Below, one piece after another: positions 25,136 through 34,505 of a DNA stretch of 64,000 bases. The number at the start of each line of letters is the position of its first letter. Positions within the stretch are counted from its first letter, which is position 1. The notes beneath the pieces are model-generated. The model did no database searches. It was not told the DNA's origin and worked only from the letters and a program-made list of their open reading frames with translations. A program made the translations under genes and the position numbers. The stretch covers positions 108,752 through 172,751 of the forward strand of contig JBBDXS010000003.1 of assembly GCA_040902195.1 (NCBI GenBank), given 5' to 3'. Origin of the DNA: Dehalococcoidia bacterium (GTDB taxonomy: Bacteria > Chloroflexota > Dehalococcoidia > DSTF01 > RBG-16-68-14).

Positions 25136-26200
25136 CTACGGAACCGCTGTCGATTCGCCCGCTGGAGAAGGCTCTGGAATTCCCAACGGAGTAGCTGCCG
25201 CTTGACCAGGCGTTGACGTAGCTTTCGTCGACGGCGAAGGCGTCGCATCAACAGCCTGGCACTGCGAAGCACTCGAGCCAACGGACAATAGTGCCACGCT
25301 CTGGACTCGTTTGAAGCCTGGATCAGAGAAGAACACTTCCACGTGGTATCCGCATTCTCCGCCACTTAACTGGGCACCGCAGACTTCCATCGTTCGGTCC
25401 AATTTGCCGGGCTCTCCCTGGAGGCTCCCCAAAAACTGGACGGTCTGACCGGAAGTTCCAAGAGCGATGGCGTACGCGTCCATACCGTCTGGAATGCTGT
25501 TTCTCGGAACTCCAACCGTCACACAGGTTCCTTGATCGTCAAAGGGCGTCGCAGACGCAGCAGGCACTTCGGTCGCGGTATTTTCGGGTGTTGAACCATC
25601 GCTCTGACCTGGATCGTCTGCCCTGCCCACCCCTTCTGGCGTTCCCTCAGCCGGATTCGTGGAGTGTTGTTGCCCTGGCGTCGGCATTTTGCCAGCCTCT
25701 GGCTGGTGAATACCGGCGCTGTAAAACGCTACCGCAATGGCAATTCCTGAGCCCGCTAGAGCCAGACCCGCGATGACAATTGCAGCACATGCCTTCCTCC
25801 TGGCCCCGTCCAATGACGCATTCATAGACGTTTCTGCCGCACTGGTTCGCGAACGCGTAACCACGAGGCACACAGCGACGAGAAGCGGAGGTGTTGCTAC
25901 GAAATTCAACGCCGCTAGGGCGACAGTTGCTTGGATCGGCGGTGGTAGCCATACCCCCAGGACAACGAGGCCACCAGTCGGCGCGAAAACTGCCACCAAA
26001 GCTAGCGTACGCCCAAGCCAAGAAAGCCTTTGACCTAAACGCGAAAGGATTGCGACGAGCTTTTCGCTTCGGAGAACTAGACGGGCACCTTCATATACGG
26101 CGCCTTGAACAAGCTCCCATATTGTTTCCTTGCCCTCAACTGATTCGTCACAGGTGGTCAACCGTAAGGCTCCCCCACCTCCTAGTGGCGCTCGCGCCAA
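25136..26200 (-). CDS. Membrane protein with low-complexity extracellular region, unknown function
   Basis: Several TM helices (LALVAVFAPTGGLVVLGVWL, LLVAVCLVV, AAIVIAGLALAGSGIAIAVAF), then a Pro/Thr/Gly-rich linker and a Cys-containing C-terminal domain. Confidence 0.4.
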   Translation of the reverse strand: MARAPLGGGGALRLTTCDESVEGKETIWELVQGAVYEGARLVLRSEKLVAILSRLGQRLSWLGRTLALVAVFAPTGGLVVLGVWLPPPIQATVALAALNFVATPPLLVAVCLVVTRSRTSAAETSMNASLDGARRKACAAIVIAGLALAGSGIAIAVAFYSAGIHQPEAGKMPTPGQQHSTNPAEGTPEGVGRADDPGQSDGSTPENTATEVPAASATPFDDQGTCVTVGVPRNSIPDGMDAYAIALGTSGQTVQFLGSLQGEPGKLDRTMEVCGAQLSGGECGYHVEVFFSDPGFKRVQSVALLSVGSSASQCQAVDATPSPSTKATSTPGQAAATPLGIPEPSPAGESTAVP

Positions 26201-26468
26201 ATCCCCTTGGCACGGCTATGCAAGGCGTTCTCGGCGGGGGTTCATGCGGGGAGACCCACTGACCAGGCTAGTCCAAGCTGCCCTCAGTGAATCACATTCA
26301 GTCTTTCACTTTGTTCCAGAATTGTCAAGTTGATCTTGACGAGACGTTGCAGTTGACAAGCGCCAGTATAATCATCATAGCGCTAGCTCCTTCAAACAAT
26401 TGACACAACAGGTGCTCTGCAGCGTTGTTTATTGGGTTCGTCTGACCACGGACCAAGGGAGGAGGTTC

Positions 26469-26912
26469 ATGCGCACAGCCACATCGACGAGGTCGGTGAC
26501 CGAAGCGGATCGGCGATTTTGGTGCATCGTCAGAATTCTCCGCGAACTCGCGGAAATTAGCCGCGCCGAGCTTTCCAGGCGAGCCGGAATTCAACCAGGC
26601 TATCTGCTCCACGGCGAGCACGGTCATCGTCCTACGCCTACACGAGAGATCGCACTTTCGATCGCAGACGCTTTGAATTTAGAAGAAGCCGAACGAAACA
26701 ACCTCCTGTTAGCCGGCGGGCTAGCGCCCACGCAAACGTTCTTTCGCCGGCTGGCCGACGAGGCTCTCGATTCGGATCAAGAATGGTGGCAAGTCGTCGA
26801 GAGGTCCACCCTGCCCACCGATGAATTCGCGGCTTGGTTCTTTGACTCCATCTCCCGCGAACTTCACCGGCGCCGAGTTACGAACTTCGCGCTTGACTCC
26901 AGTCAATCCTAG
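26469..26912 (+). CDS. HTH DNA-binding protein (XRE-like)
   Basis: Start at the ATG at 26469 after GGAGG. ILRELAEISRAELSRRAGIQPGYLLHGEHGHRPTPTREIALSIADALNL is an HTH similar in style to the 13612-13911 product. Confidence 0.55.
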   Translation: MRTATSTRSVTEADRRFWCIVRILRELAEISRAELSRRAGIQPGYLLHGEHGHRPTPTREIALSIADALNLEEAERNNLLLAGGLAPTQTFFRRLADEALDSDQEWWQVVERSTLPTDEFAAWFFDSISRELHRRRVTNFALDSSQS

Positions 26913-27166
26913 GAAGGCTCCAGCGCCGCGCCCGAGCCTTCCTCCTCCTTACCCCTTCAAATGCAACGACACACATCGTCGACCAGCGGCAACCTTGAGA
27001 CGTCGCACAATATCTGATGGACGACGCGCTTTCTTAGCCTCAACTAGGCACGACAAGATTTCCTTGTCAGCAAGCCATTCGGCCCATAGGCGTGCTAGCA
27101 ACGGTCTATAGGCTCGAAAGCACCCCCTCTTGTCAAGGGGTCTATAATTGACGTAGACAGCACTCT

Positions 27167-27481
27167 ATGGCGGTAAAGAGTTGGACGGCCGAGCACGGCC
27201 CAAATGACAAGACCGACGTTGTCCTTCACACACAGGAAGGGCAAGTTACGAAGTTTGCCGTGCAATATCTCGCCTTCTTCGAACAATGGACGCCGATCGT
27301 CCGTTACGATACGGCTCACGGCGAGCCGCACCGAGACGTGATGCATCCAGATGGGACGCACGATACCTTGTCCCTCCGCCGCTACGCCTTCGAAGCGGCC
27401 TTCGAGTTGGCTCTCAGCGACATAGACAACAACTGGTTGGCGTATAGAGAACGATATGAAAGAGAACGCAACAATGCATGA
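27167..27481 (+). CDS. Hypothetical protein (possibly TumE/DUF6516-like toxin family)
   Basis: IVRYDTAHGEPHRDVMHPDG resembles the YDN..G..H.H motif I associate with TumE-like proteins. Weak call from memory only. Confidence 0.3.
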   Translation: MAVKSWTAEHGPNDKTDVVLHTQEGQVTKFAVQYLAFFEQWTPIVRYDTAHGEPHRDVMHPDGTHDTLSLRRYAFEAAFELALSDIDNNWLAYRERYERERNNA

Positions 27482-27782
27482 ACACGAACTCGTCAGGCGT
27501 AATCACCGCCTGTTCTCAATCTTCATGAGGCAAGCCTTCCGCGATCCGGCTCTGGTCAACGCGGTGCCGGATAAGGCCGACATCATCCTGTTCCCCGACA
27601 ACGATCCGGAATTGCTAGAGGAAAACCTCAAGTTGTTTCGCAAAGCCCAGGACGACGGCCGGCACCCGCTCGCCGTCCAGATCCGTCTCGTCCCGGAGAC
27701 CCACACTATCCTGATGCCCCAGGTGAAGGTTCTCTCGTCTCCCGATCTCGCCTCGCTCGGTGCGGCTCAACGCACCAAGTGA
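27456..27782 (+). CDS. Hypothetical protein
   Basis: 108-aa ORF overlapping the previous gene by 26 nt. No motif recognised. Confidence 0.35.
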   Translation: MKENATMHEHELVRRNHRLFSIFMRQAFRDPALVNAVPDKADIILFPDNDPELLEENLKLFRKAQDDGRHPLAVQIRLVPETHTILMPQVKVLSSPDLASLGAAQRTK

Positions 27783-27785
27783 CAG

Positions 27786-27938
27786 ATGAGAGCTTCGTAC
27801 TCCACCACCGTCACCGCCAAGGGCCAGATCACCATTCCAAAGTCCATCCGTGAACGGCTTGGCATCCGCCGCGGGACGGGTTCATTGGCAGAGTCCGCAC
27901 CGAGCCGTCCCGGCGACCATAAACGGTCTCCCTCCTAA
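27786..27938 (+). CDS. AbrB/MazE/SpoVT-type DNA-binding domain protein (short, possibly truncated antitoxin)
   Basis: MRASYSTTVTAKGQITIPKSIRERLGI is the looped-hinge-helix signature. Only 50 aa, with no toxin gene following. Below the ORF-track cutoff. Confidence 0.5.
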   Translation: MRASYSTTVTAKGQITIPKSIRERLGIRRGTGSLAESAPSRPGDHKRSPS

Positions 27939-28107
27939 GACTCCTCCCATTTATCCGTCTCCGGTCCGCCCTGTCTGAAGGGCTTCTCCCCTCTTTCCGC
28001 AAGGGTCGAGATAAACGAGCTCGCGCTCGCCCCTGCACAAATTCACCCCTACTCTTTCGCTTCTTCTAAGCGGTGTCAGGAGACACACGCGAAATTCAAT
28101 TCTGGAC

Positions 28108-28425
28108 GTGAAAGGAGAAGCCATGGGTGACGCATCTGCGGAGTACAGCATCAGTCAGGTTATCGAGGTGCACGGCGACGAGCTGCTCGACGAAGCCATG
28201 TCGGAGCTACAGGCATTCCTCGCCGCGCTTGGTGTCAGCGTGCCGAGCGAACGAATTGACGGAGACTTCGACATCGACGCGACTCAAGTCGAAGTGAGCG
28301 TCATCGCAACGGATGCCAACGGACGCCGCGTAGTAGTGAACGGCCGGCCGGTAGGCATCACGGTGCTGCGTTTCGACATCGCCCAGCTCGCCGAACGCTT
28401 CACTGACTGCGACATCGGCTGGTAG
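28108..28425 (+). CDS. Hypothetical protein
   Basis: 105-aa acidic ORF with AAAGGAG upstream. No motif recognised. Confidence 0.35.
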   Translation: MKGEAMGDASAEYSISQVIEVHGDELLDEAMSELQAFLAALGVSVPSERIDGDFDIDATQVEVSVIATDANGRRVVVNGRPVGITVLRFDIAQLAERFTDCDIGW

Positions 28426-28445
28426 CCGGTCGGAAAGGAATTGCC

Positions 28446-28751
28446 ATGCAGCTACTGACTAACGAGTTACGCCAGAAGCTCCCACTCTTGTATGCAGCGG
28501 AACACGACGTAGACCCGCAGATTATCTGCAAGTTCTTCACACCCGACAGCAACTGGACGTGGTACGCCATCGAGTTTGACGGCAACGACACGTTTTTTGG
28601 ATTCGTCGAAGGCTTGGAGAACGAACTCGGCTACTTCAGTCTCTCTGAGCTTGAGAGCGCTCGGGGCCCGCTCGGACTAGCGATTGAGAGAGACCTCTAC
28701 TTTGACCCCTGTCGGTTGTCGCAGGTGAAAGCCAAAGCAGAGAGGAGGTGA
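28446..28751 (+). CDS. DUF2958 domain protein (plasmid/ICE-associated)
   Basis: LLTNELRQKLPLLYAAEHDVDPQIICKFFTPDSNWTWYAIEFDGNDTFFGFVEGLENELGYFSLSELESARGPLGLAIERDLYF matches the DUF2958 consensus as I remember it. Confidence 0.7.
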   Translation: MQLLTNELRQKLPLLYAAEHDVDPQIICKFFTPDSNWTWYAIEFDGNDTFFGFVEGLENELGYFSLSELESARGPLGLAIERDLYFDPCRLSQVKAKAERR

Positions 28752-28957
28752 AGAAGATGCCAGAGCAGAACAACAATCAGCAGCAGAACGGCGACGGTAA
28801 GTCATGGGCACAGTGGAAGCGTGAGCTTTCCGACGCCATCGAGGAGCTGGACAAGGCGTGCGCGAAGGCACGTCAGACCATCTATCAACTGCGGCCATTG
28901 GTGCGGCCAAGGCCCTGGACGGAGCCAGCAACTACTCCGCCTCGTGCGGAGAGCTAG
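28748..28957 (+). CDS. Hypothetical protein
   Basis: 69-aa ORF with a 4-nt overlap onto the upstream gene. Gln/Asn-rich N-terminus. Confidence 0.3.
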   Translation: MKKMPEQNNNQQQNGDGKSWAQWKRELSDAIEELDKACAKARQTIYQLRPLVRPRPWTEPATTPPRAES

Positions 28958-29072
28958 AGGAAAGAGGGCGCAGACTGCCCGCTGCAAAGGGGTACCTGGT
29001 GGCAAGAACCCGAAGGTATGCAACGGCAGCTGCGCCCTACGCCCGACAAGATACCACACTCGGAGAAGCCTC

Positions 29073-29771
29073 ATGTTGGACAGAGCGATTGAGCAGAGTT
29101 GGAGCATCGTCAAGGAGAGCTATCCCAACGCCGTTGTCTTCCAGGAATCCGACGGGTTGTACTTTGTGCGCGGCGCTGACACCGCTGTCCTGGCGAAAGA
29201 GTTCGGCATCGAGTCGAGCAGCCGCTGGTACGCCTTCGCCGATGCGCAAGCCATTGCTTACATGCAGGCATTGGCAGAACGTGGTTACGCTGTTGCCCGG
29301 ACGACGAGCAGCGGCGTCGCGTTGGTGAAACTACGAGGGGACCAACGCTGTGAGATCATCAAGCAGCGCACTAAGGGGCGGTTCCGTGCATTGAGCCCGA
29401 CGCTGTTGGTCGAAGCACGAGAAATAGAGTATGAGACGGGCGACGCGTGGATGAAGCGCCACGGTTACGAAGCGTTGTTCGAGCAATTTCAGACCTGGTT
29501 CAAGAACCAGGACTGGCGCTCGTTTCGTTCCTATGGTGAAGTCTACGTCTACCAAGTTGGTGACTGGTATGAGGTCGATGAGGAGCTCTCGTCGATGCTC
29601 GAAAGCCACATCCTTCTCGCGGCGAAGGCTGCTCTCGCCACAGACAGCAAACTGCCCTGCAAAGTAGTGGAGCCTCGCTCGCGTCGGAACCGCGACGGAG
29701 GCACGACGCGAGTCCCCTCGGCCGCGCAACCGCTGGTTAGGCTTGGCCAAGCGCGCTTCGAGGACTGGTAG
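29073..29771 (+). CDS. Hypothetical protein with MutS domain I-like N-terminus (tentative)
   Basis: Start moved to the ATG at 29073. YPNAVVFQESDGLYFVRGADTAVLAKEFGI resembles the MutS mismatch-binding domain start (yP.aillf..GdFYE.f..DA...a..Lgi). Confidence 0.35.
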   Translation: MLDRAIEQSWSIVKESYPNAVVFQESDGLYFVRGADTAVLAKEFGIESSSRWYAFADAQAIAYMQALAERGYAVARTTSSGVALVKLRGDQRCEIIKQRTKGRFRALSPTLLVEAREIEYETGDAWMKRHGYEALFEQFQTWFKNQDWRSFRSYGEVYVYQVGDWYEVDEELSSMLESHILLAAKAALATDSKLPCKVVEPRSRRNRDGGTTRVPSAAQPLVRLGQARFEDW

Positions 29772-29879
29772 CAGTTTCCTGTCAAGCCCCCAAACTGGTT
29801 GACTTAGCAGCAACAAACAGAAGTCGGCCCGCGCGCCGGTAGTACAATCGCGCTCACTACCCAACAGAAGGAGGAGTGA

Positions 29880-30194
29880 GTGGATGAGATCAAGTGGCTA
29901 CTGGCGTTCCGCTACGCGGACATGAGGAGAGCCGGCGACGCTTATAGAGTCTGCAGGGACCTAGTCTTCGACCTGGACATCGACGCAAGCGCGTATCGCA
30001 TTCAGTTGAACACTGTTCCACACGTCGTCGTCATCGGCGATGGCGAGTTGCTGCCAAGCTTGCGCCAGATGGTAGAGCGCGCATGTGTCTACGGCGTAGA
30101 AGCAGAGTTGCCGGAGGACATCGTGAGCGCCTTGTTCGAGCGTCGAACAGTCGGCAAGATTCCGGGTGCGTTTTGGGAACGTCGCAGTCAGTAA
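29880..30194 (+). CDS. Hypothetical protein
   Basis: GTG start after GAAGGAGGAG. 104 aa. No motif recognised. Confidence 0.35.
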   Translation: MDEIKWLLAFRYADMRRAGDAYRVCRDLVFDLDIDASAYRIQLNTVPHVVVIGDGELLPSLRQMVERACVYGVEAELPEDIVSALFERRTVGKIPGAFWERRSQ

Positions 30195-30200
30195 CCAGTC

Positions 30201-30228
30201 GGGGCAGAGTCTCCTATTCCTCTGCCCC
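30201..30228 (+). terminator. Candidate intrinsic terminator stem-loop
   Basis: ggggcagag-N10-ctctgcccc (9-bp GC-rich stem), 7 nt after the stop at 30194. Confidence 0.4.
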
Positions 30229-30349
30229 TACTCTCTCCTAAACTTGCCGCTCGGCCATCAGAGTTGATGCACTTTCACTAACTGTTGACAAAAGTGAGCC
30301 ATTTCTGCTTATACTGTAGGAAAGTGCTCCAAGTGTTTCGTGGCGGCGT

Positions 30350-31180
30350 ATGTATGAACCATTCTTCGGCCTAAAAGAGAAACCGTTCCGCATCTCGCCC
30401 GACCCGCGATTCTTGTACCTGGCACCGCAGCACCGTGAGGTGCTCTCGAAATGCCAGTACATGATCAGCAACAAGGTCGGGCCGGTTTACGTGTTTGGGC
30501 CCATTGGCTCTGGTAAGACCTCGATCGCTCGACGCATCTACCAGGAGCTTGCTGACGACCCGACATACCGTGTCGCCATGCTGCTCAGTCCTAACCTCAA
30601 GTCACCCAACGCCTTCCTGCGCACCATCATGGACGAGTTCGGGGTGAAGACCGCGCGGGCTTACGACCGCTCGCTGTCCAACTTCAGCAAGTTCCTCATT
30701 GAGGAGTTCGAAGCCAACCGGACGCCCGTCCTGCTCATTGACGAGGCTCAGCATTTGAGAAGAGACATCCTGGAGCTCATCAAGTTCCTGCTCAACTACG
30801 AAACCAACACGCAGAAGCTCCTGCAGATTGTCCTGTTCGGACAGAGCGAGCTCGCCTCGAATATCGGAAAGTACCCAGAGCTTAAGAGCCGGATGTTTCC
30901 GAGCGCACTCGCCGCTCTGAACGCGGAAGACACGGCGGACATGCTCGCCTGGCGTTTTCGCACAGCCGGCGGCGACAGGCATCCCTTCACTCCGCAAGCC
31001 GTGGCCGAAATCTTTCGCCGATCCCTTGGCGTGCCGAGAGAAGTCTGCCGCATCTGCGACATGACGCTGCTTGCCGCGTTCAATCGCAAGTTAGAGAAGA
31101 TCGATCACGCGTTGGTGGCTGAAGTCGCAAAGGACCTCGGCCTCCTACAGCAGGAGCCAGAGGAGGTCAGCCGTGCCTAA
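30350..31180 (+). CDS. ExeA-like AAA ATPase (AAA_22)
   Basis: MYEPFFGLKEKPFRISPDPRFLYLAPQHREVL...VFGPIGSGKTS...LLIDEAQHL is typical of ExeA/GspA-type ATPases. Confidence 0.75.
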   Translation: MYEPFFGLKEKPFRISPDPRFLYLAPQHREVLSKCQYMISNKVGPVYVFGPIGSGKTSIARRIYQELADDPTYRVAMLLSPNLKSPNAFLRTIMDEFGVKTARAYDRSLSNFSKFLIEEFEANRTPVLLIDEAQHLRRDILELIKFLLNYETNTQKLLQIVLFGQSELASNIGKYPELKSRMFPSALAALNAEDTADMLAWRFRTAGGDRHPFTPQAVAEIFRRSLGVPREVCRICDMTLLAAFNRKLEKIDHALVAEVAKDLGLLQQEPEEVSRA

Positions 31181-31523
31181 GGGAATGTTCACGGAGCTGA
31201 TGGAGACCTCTGAGGCGCAAGATAAGCAGACCGTCATCAAGAAAAAGCCGGTCGCACCACCACCAGGTCCCCCACCACAAGATGATCTTCTGCCAGGAGA
31301 AATCGAGGAGATGTCGGTTGGTTATACTGCACACACCTATCGCTTCACGGACGCTGAGATGCGTTGGCTCCGCCGCTTCTGCTTGAGATCCTCTGAGCAA
31401 CTCGACAAGAAAATCACGCACAACGCTCTAATCCGTGTTCTCTTACGGCTCGCCAACGATGAATGGAACAGCGACCCGAATCGGAACCGGCTCCGCGATC
31501 TACTCTCCCGACTCCAGAGCTAA
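31173..31523 (+). CDS. Hypothetical protein
   Basis: 116-aa ORF overlapping the ATPase gene by 8 nt, so translationally coupled. No motif recognised. Confidence 0.4.
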   Translation: MPKGMFTELMETSEAQDKQTVIKKKPVAPPPGPPPQDDLLPGEIEEMSVGYTAHTYRFTDAEMRWLRRFCLRSSEQLDKKITHNALIRVLLRLANDEWNSDPNRNRLRDLLSRLQS

Positions 31524-31701
31524 GCAGTATCCCCACAAATGCAACCGCGGTTGCACTGCTGTCACAGCAATGCTTGCAATCGTTGCTGACGTTTACAGCA
31601 TTGCTTCTATTGCCATCGTTTCCATACCAGCCAGCGCATCAATGGTTGCTGTCCTGGTAATGCAGTTATGGCAGTTGACAGTCCTGAGACGATAGCAGGG
31701 T
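31524..31701. other. Repeat-rich intergenic region, candidate replication origin / operator
   Basis: Perfect 16-bp palindrome TGCAACCGCGGTTGCA (31540-31555), followed by multiple GCAATG/CATTGC and TTGC(T/A) motifs in both orientations. Lies directly upstream of the Rep-like wHTH gene. Confidence 0.3.
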
Positions 31702-32451
31702 ATGAAAGACTTGGTTGTTCGACGACGTAATCGGCTCAAACATCACTACACGCTCGTCTCAAACGTCCTGCTCTTCGGCTACCGAGACCTGACCGATGCC
31801 GAGAAGCTGACGTATGCGGCCATCGACAGCTTCGACTGGCCCGATGAGAAAGGGGAGAGGAAGGGCTACGCCTACCCGTCCGTCGAGACGCTGGCTGACA
31901 GACGTGGCGTGGATCGACGCACCGTTTTCCGACACATGAGCTCCCTTGAAAGTGTCGGCTTGCTCAAGCGAGAGGTTCGGCCGGGGAGACCGAACTTGCT
32001 CTGGATCGAAGAGCCGTCGGAAGAGGAGTCAGAGAAGTACTTATCCACAGTTTCTATGGGGCGTGACACGGATGTCACGGGTGGGGGTGACACAGATGTC
32101 ACACCTTACAAGAAAGAAGAAGGAGAAAAAAACAAAACCGTTAACGGAGAGCACAGCTCTTTGAGGAGAAGGAAGCGACTATCGGCTGAACAGCTTGCCA
32201 AGAGAGAGTGGCTAGCAGGGGAGATGCTTAAGGTCCTCAAAGACGAGCACAGCCTCGGCTTCTATCGGCTAGTCGCGGCGACCGTACCTGAGCACCGAGT
32301 ATTTGGAGCACTTAGCGAGGTGAAGTTAGCTATCGCTGAGCGACGCATAAGAACCACCAGCGGCGCACTCTTCGTATCCTTGATCCGGCTCCACAACGGG
32401 AGGTCGTGGGACAATCTCGGCGCAAAGCGAGTCCGGGATCAGCCGCGGTGA
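31702..32451 (+). CDS. Winged-HTH protein, replication-initiator-like
   Basis: NVLLFGYRDLTDAEKLTYAAIDSFDW...YPSVETLADRRGVDRRTVFRHMSSLESVGLLKR is the pattern seen in plasmid/phage helix-turn-helix replication or DnaD-like proteins. Confidence 0.5.
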   Translation: MKDLVVRRRNRLKHHYTLVSNVLLFGYRDLTDAEKLTYAAIDSFDWPDEKGERKGYAYPSVETLADRRGVDRRTVFRHMSSLESVGLLKREVRPGRPNLLWIEEPSEEESEKYLSTVSMGRDTDVTGGGDTDVTPYKKEEGEKNKTVNGEHSSLRRRKRLSAEQLAKREWLAGEMLKVLKDEHSLGFYRLVAATVPEHRVFGALSEVKLAIAERRIRTTSGALFVSLIRLHNGRSWDNLGAKRVRDQPR

Positions 32452-33749
32452 CGGTATCCTAAGTAGCTGAGTTTCCCAGGCACCTTCAGCGACTCAATAA
32501 AGTCGAGCATTCGTGCCCGAGTCTCGCTCAGTTCAGACTCAACCGAGGGGAAACGCGCTGCAAGAAACCCATAGAGAAGGGCCGCGGCACGAGTCGCATA
32601 GATATTTGGATGCATTCCCTTGGAGAAGCCATACCCTCCACTGGCGTCTTGCTCCTCCTGAAGAAACTGAACGAGCGGTGCTGGCGGTCTGCTCTCCGCC
32701 ACCATGTCATTCAGCGCTCCCAACATTCGAGCTACGTCATACCACGCCTGCGTGTCGAGTATGTTCGCCGCAGATCCGCCAGGTTTCGCAGGACAAGCCT
32801 GCTTTGCGTTCTTGCTCACATTCTGGAAGGACGCCAAGATCCCCTGTTTGGTGGAGGCAAAACCGTTAAGATCTGCTTCCAAGAAGAAGGGCAAATGCGG
32901 GCTAATCAGGTGGCGAGTGGCCCTTCCATCGGCCAGAGCATCAAGCTCGTGGTCCATCTTTGGAACGTACCTTGCCACAACAAAGGTATCGCCTTCACTC
33001 CTCATGATACTCGTACAGTTCTTGATTTCCCATTCAGCCAAACGTTTGAGATCCGTGCGCGAGACCGGCTGCTCCAAGTCATCTAGAATAGTAACGCCGG
33101 CGTCCGTGGTCACCGTACCAACGGGATACTCGCCCGGCATTTCCATAAACGCTCCGCTATCGTCGCGGCAGCTCCGAGTGAAGTCACACCAAGCATCTAC
33201 TTTGCGCTTACCGCCCAGTAAATCCTTCGCTCGCCCAGCGCCAAGCTTTTCATGTGCTCCCTCGTCATCGTAGTGGATCCCAGCCGCGACAATTAGTATT
33301 GAGCGGGCAGCCCACCCTCCAAACATCATGGGAGGTTGGCGCAAAGACGGCCGAAATGCGCCGTTAGTTTCATCCCAGTGCCGCCGCACGACATCAACGA
33401 GTTTGCCGGCGCTGCAACCTCCAGGGAGGTCAGAGTCCAACACTTGCGAGGCCTGCAAGGCCAGCGCGGTAGCGCCCATCGTGTCGGATTCGACCCATTC
33501 TCGCATCAGCGTCAGAAATCGCTTCGTTGCGGCGGGCGTTTGGTCTGCGTCCGGCAATACAAGAGTTCGCTCTAGAGAGTCAATTTCGGAAGCCACCCTC
33601 CACTTGCCTTTGGAATCTGCAAAAAGCTCTTCGTCCTGGCGGGCGCGCTGTTGATTGGCCAAGCGACGCAGGCAAAGGACGATGGTGAAGACGGCCAGGA
33701 TCAGTAGCCAGGCAGCTGAGAGCAGTCCGAAGACCGTTAGGCTATCCAT
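32439..33749 (-). CDS. Membrane-anchored protein, possible alpha/alpha-toroid (prenyltransferase/terpene cyclase-like) repeats
   Basis: N-terminal TM helix. DASGGYGFSKGMHPNIYATRAAALLYGFL and DDSGAFMEMPGE resemble the G-G-(F/Y)-G...Y.T repeat of that fold. Weak call. Confidence 0.35.
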   Translation of the reverse strand: MDSLTVFGLLSAAWLLILAVFTIVLCLRRLANQQRARQDEELFADSKGKWRVASEIDSLERTLVLPDADQTPAATKRFLTLMREWVESDTMGATALALQASQVLDSDLPGGCSAGKLVDVVRRHWDETNGAFRPSLRQPPMMFGGWAARSILIVAAGIHYDDEGAHEKLGAGRAKDLLGGKRKVDAWCDFTRSCRDDSGAFMEMPGEYPVGTVTTDAGVTILDDLEQPVSRTDLKRLAEWEIKNCTSIMRSEGDTFVVARYVPKMDHELDALADGRATRHLISPHLPFFLEADLNGFASTKQGILASFQNVSKNAKQACPAKPGGSAANILDTQAWYDVARMLGALNDMVAESRPPAPLVQFLQEEQDASGGYGFSKGMHPNIYATRAAALLYGFLAARFPSVESELSETRARMLDFIESLKVPGKLSYLGYRHRG

Positions 33750-33890
33750 TCAACAACGGGAGGATCCTTCCCGCCTCCAATGCCGTCATCTGAGAGTTGA
33801 CTTGTCGAGTTTGCCAGCGCCTCGAGCCATGCGCCTTCCTAGGACCTACCACGGGACAATTCCATCGTATTCGATGAGCCCGGATCGCTG

Positions 33891-34505
33891 TCAAGACTCA
33901 TCAGGTTCGGCCTCTTTCGCTTGATTCGCGGTTGCGTCTACTGGCTTAGGCGCCTCACTGTTAGCATCAGCCGCGAAGGAGTCCCTCTCCTCAAGGCGTT
34001 TCACGGCCGTCTCAACCCGCGCCAAAGCGTCGTCATACCAGTCCGTCAACTTCGCGCTCGCGCGAGATAGAGTGTCGGACATCAACCTAGCGTTTACCTC
34101 AAACTCACGAAGATATCTTCGATACTCGGTGGCTTCGTCGCCTTGGCTTGCCAAGCTACGCTTCTCACGATGCAGGTGCAAGCCAACAACGCTGCCGATC
34201 GAGACCGCCTGTCTACGACTATTTCTATTCGTTCCAACGGCTGAGTTGATCCTGTTGCCGAGTGAGTCGAGCTTCGTCTGAAATTGCCGCATAAGCGATC
34301 TCCGCGCCGCCTCCTCTCCGGATTGGAAGAGATCCGCTAGCGCAAACACAAGGAAACTCGCCGCGAAGGTGAACAGAACGCTTGTCGCCAAGGCAACGCT
34401 CTCAGGTCCGGGTTGATGCTTGAAGTGGCCGACGAGAAGCACGGAGACAGCGCCGCCATTGAGGAGGGCAGCGACAAGCAAGAGCCCGGCGGAACGCCAC
34501 GTCAT
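33891..34505 (-). CDS. Membrane protein with coiled-coil C-terminus, unknown function
   Basis: Two TM helices (LLLVAALLNGGAVSVLLVG, ATSVLFTFAASFLVFALADLF), then a charged helical region. Confidence 0.4.
   Translation of the reverse strand: MTWRSAGLLLVAALLNGGAVSVLLVGHFKHQPGPESVALATSVLFTFAASFLVFALADLFQSGEEAARRSLMRQFQTKLDSLGNRINSAVGTNRNSRRQAVSIGSVVGLHLHREKRSLASQGDEATEYRRYLREFEVNARLMSDTLSRASAKLTDWYDDALARVETAVKRLEERDSFAADANSEAPKPVDATANQAKEAEPDES

Noticed and set aside
31435-31695. 86-aa and 65-aa + strand ORFs covering the intergenic repeat region.
   Set aside because: They overlap the end of the 31173-31523 ORF, lack an RBS, and consist of the palindromic/iteron-like DNA. This region is more plausibly non-coding origin or operator sequence.
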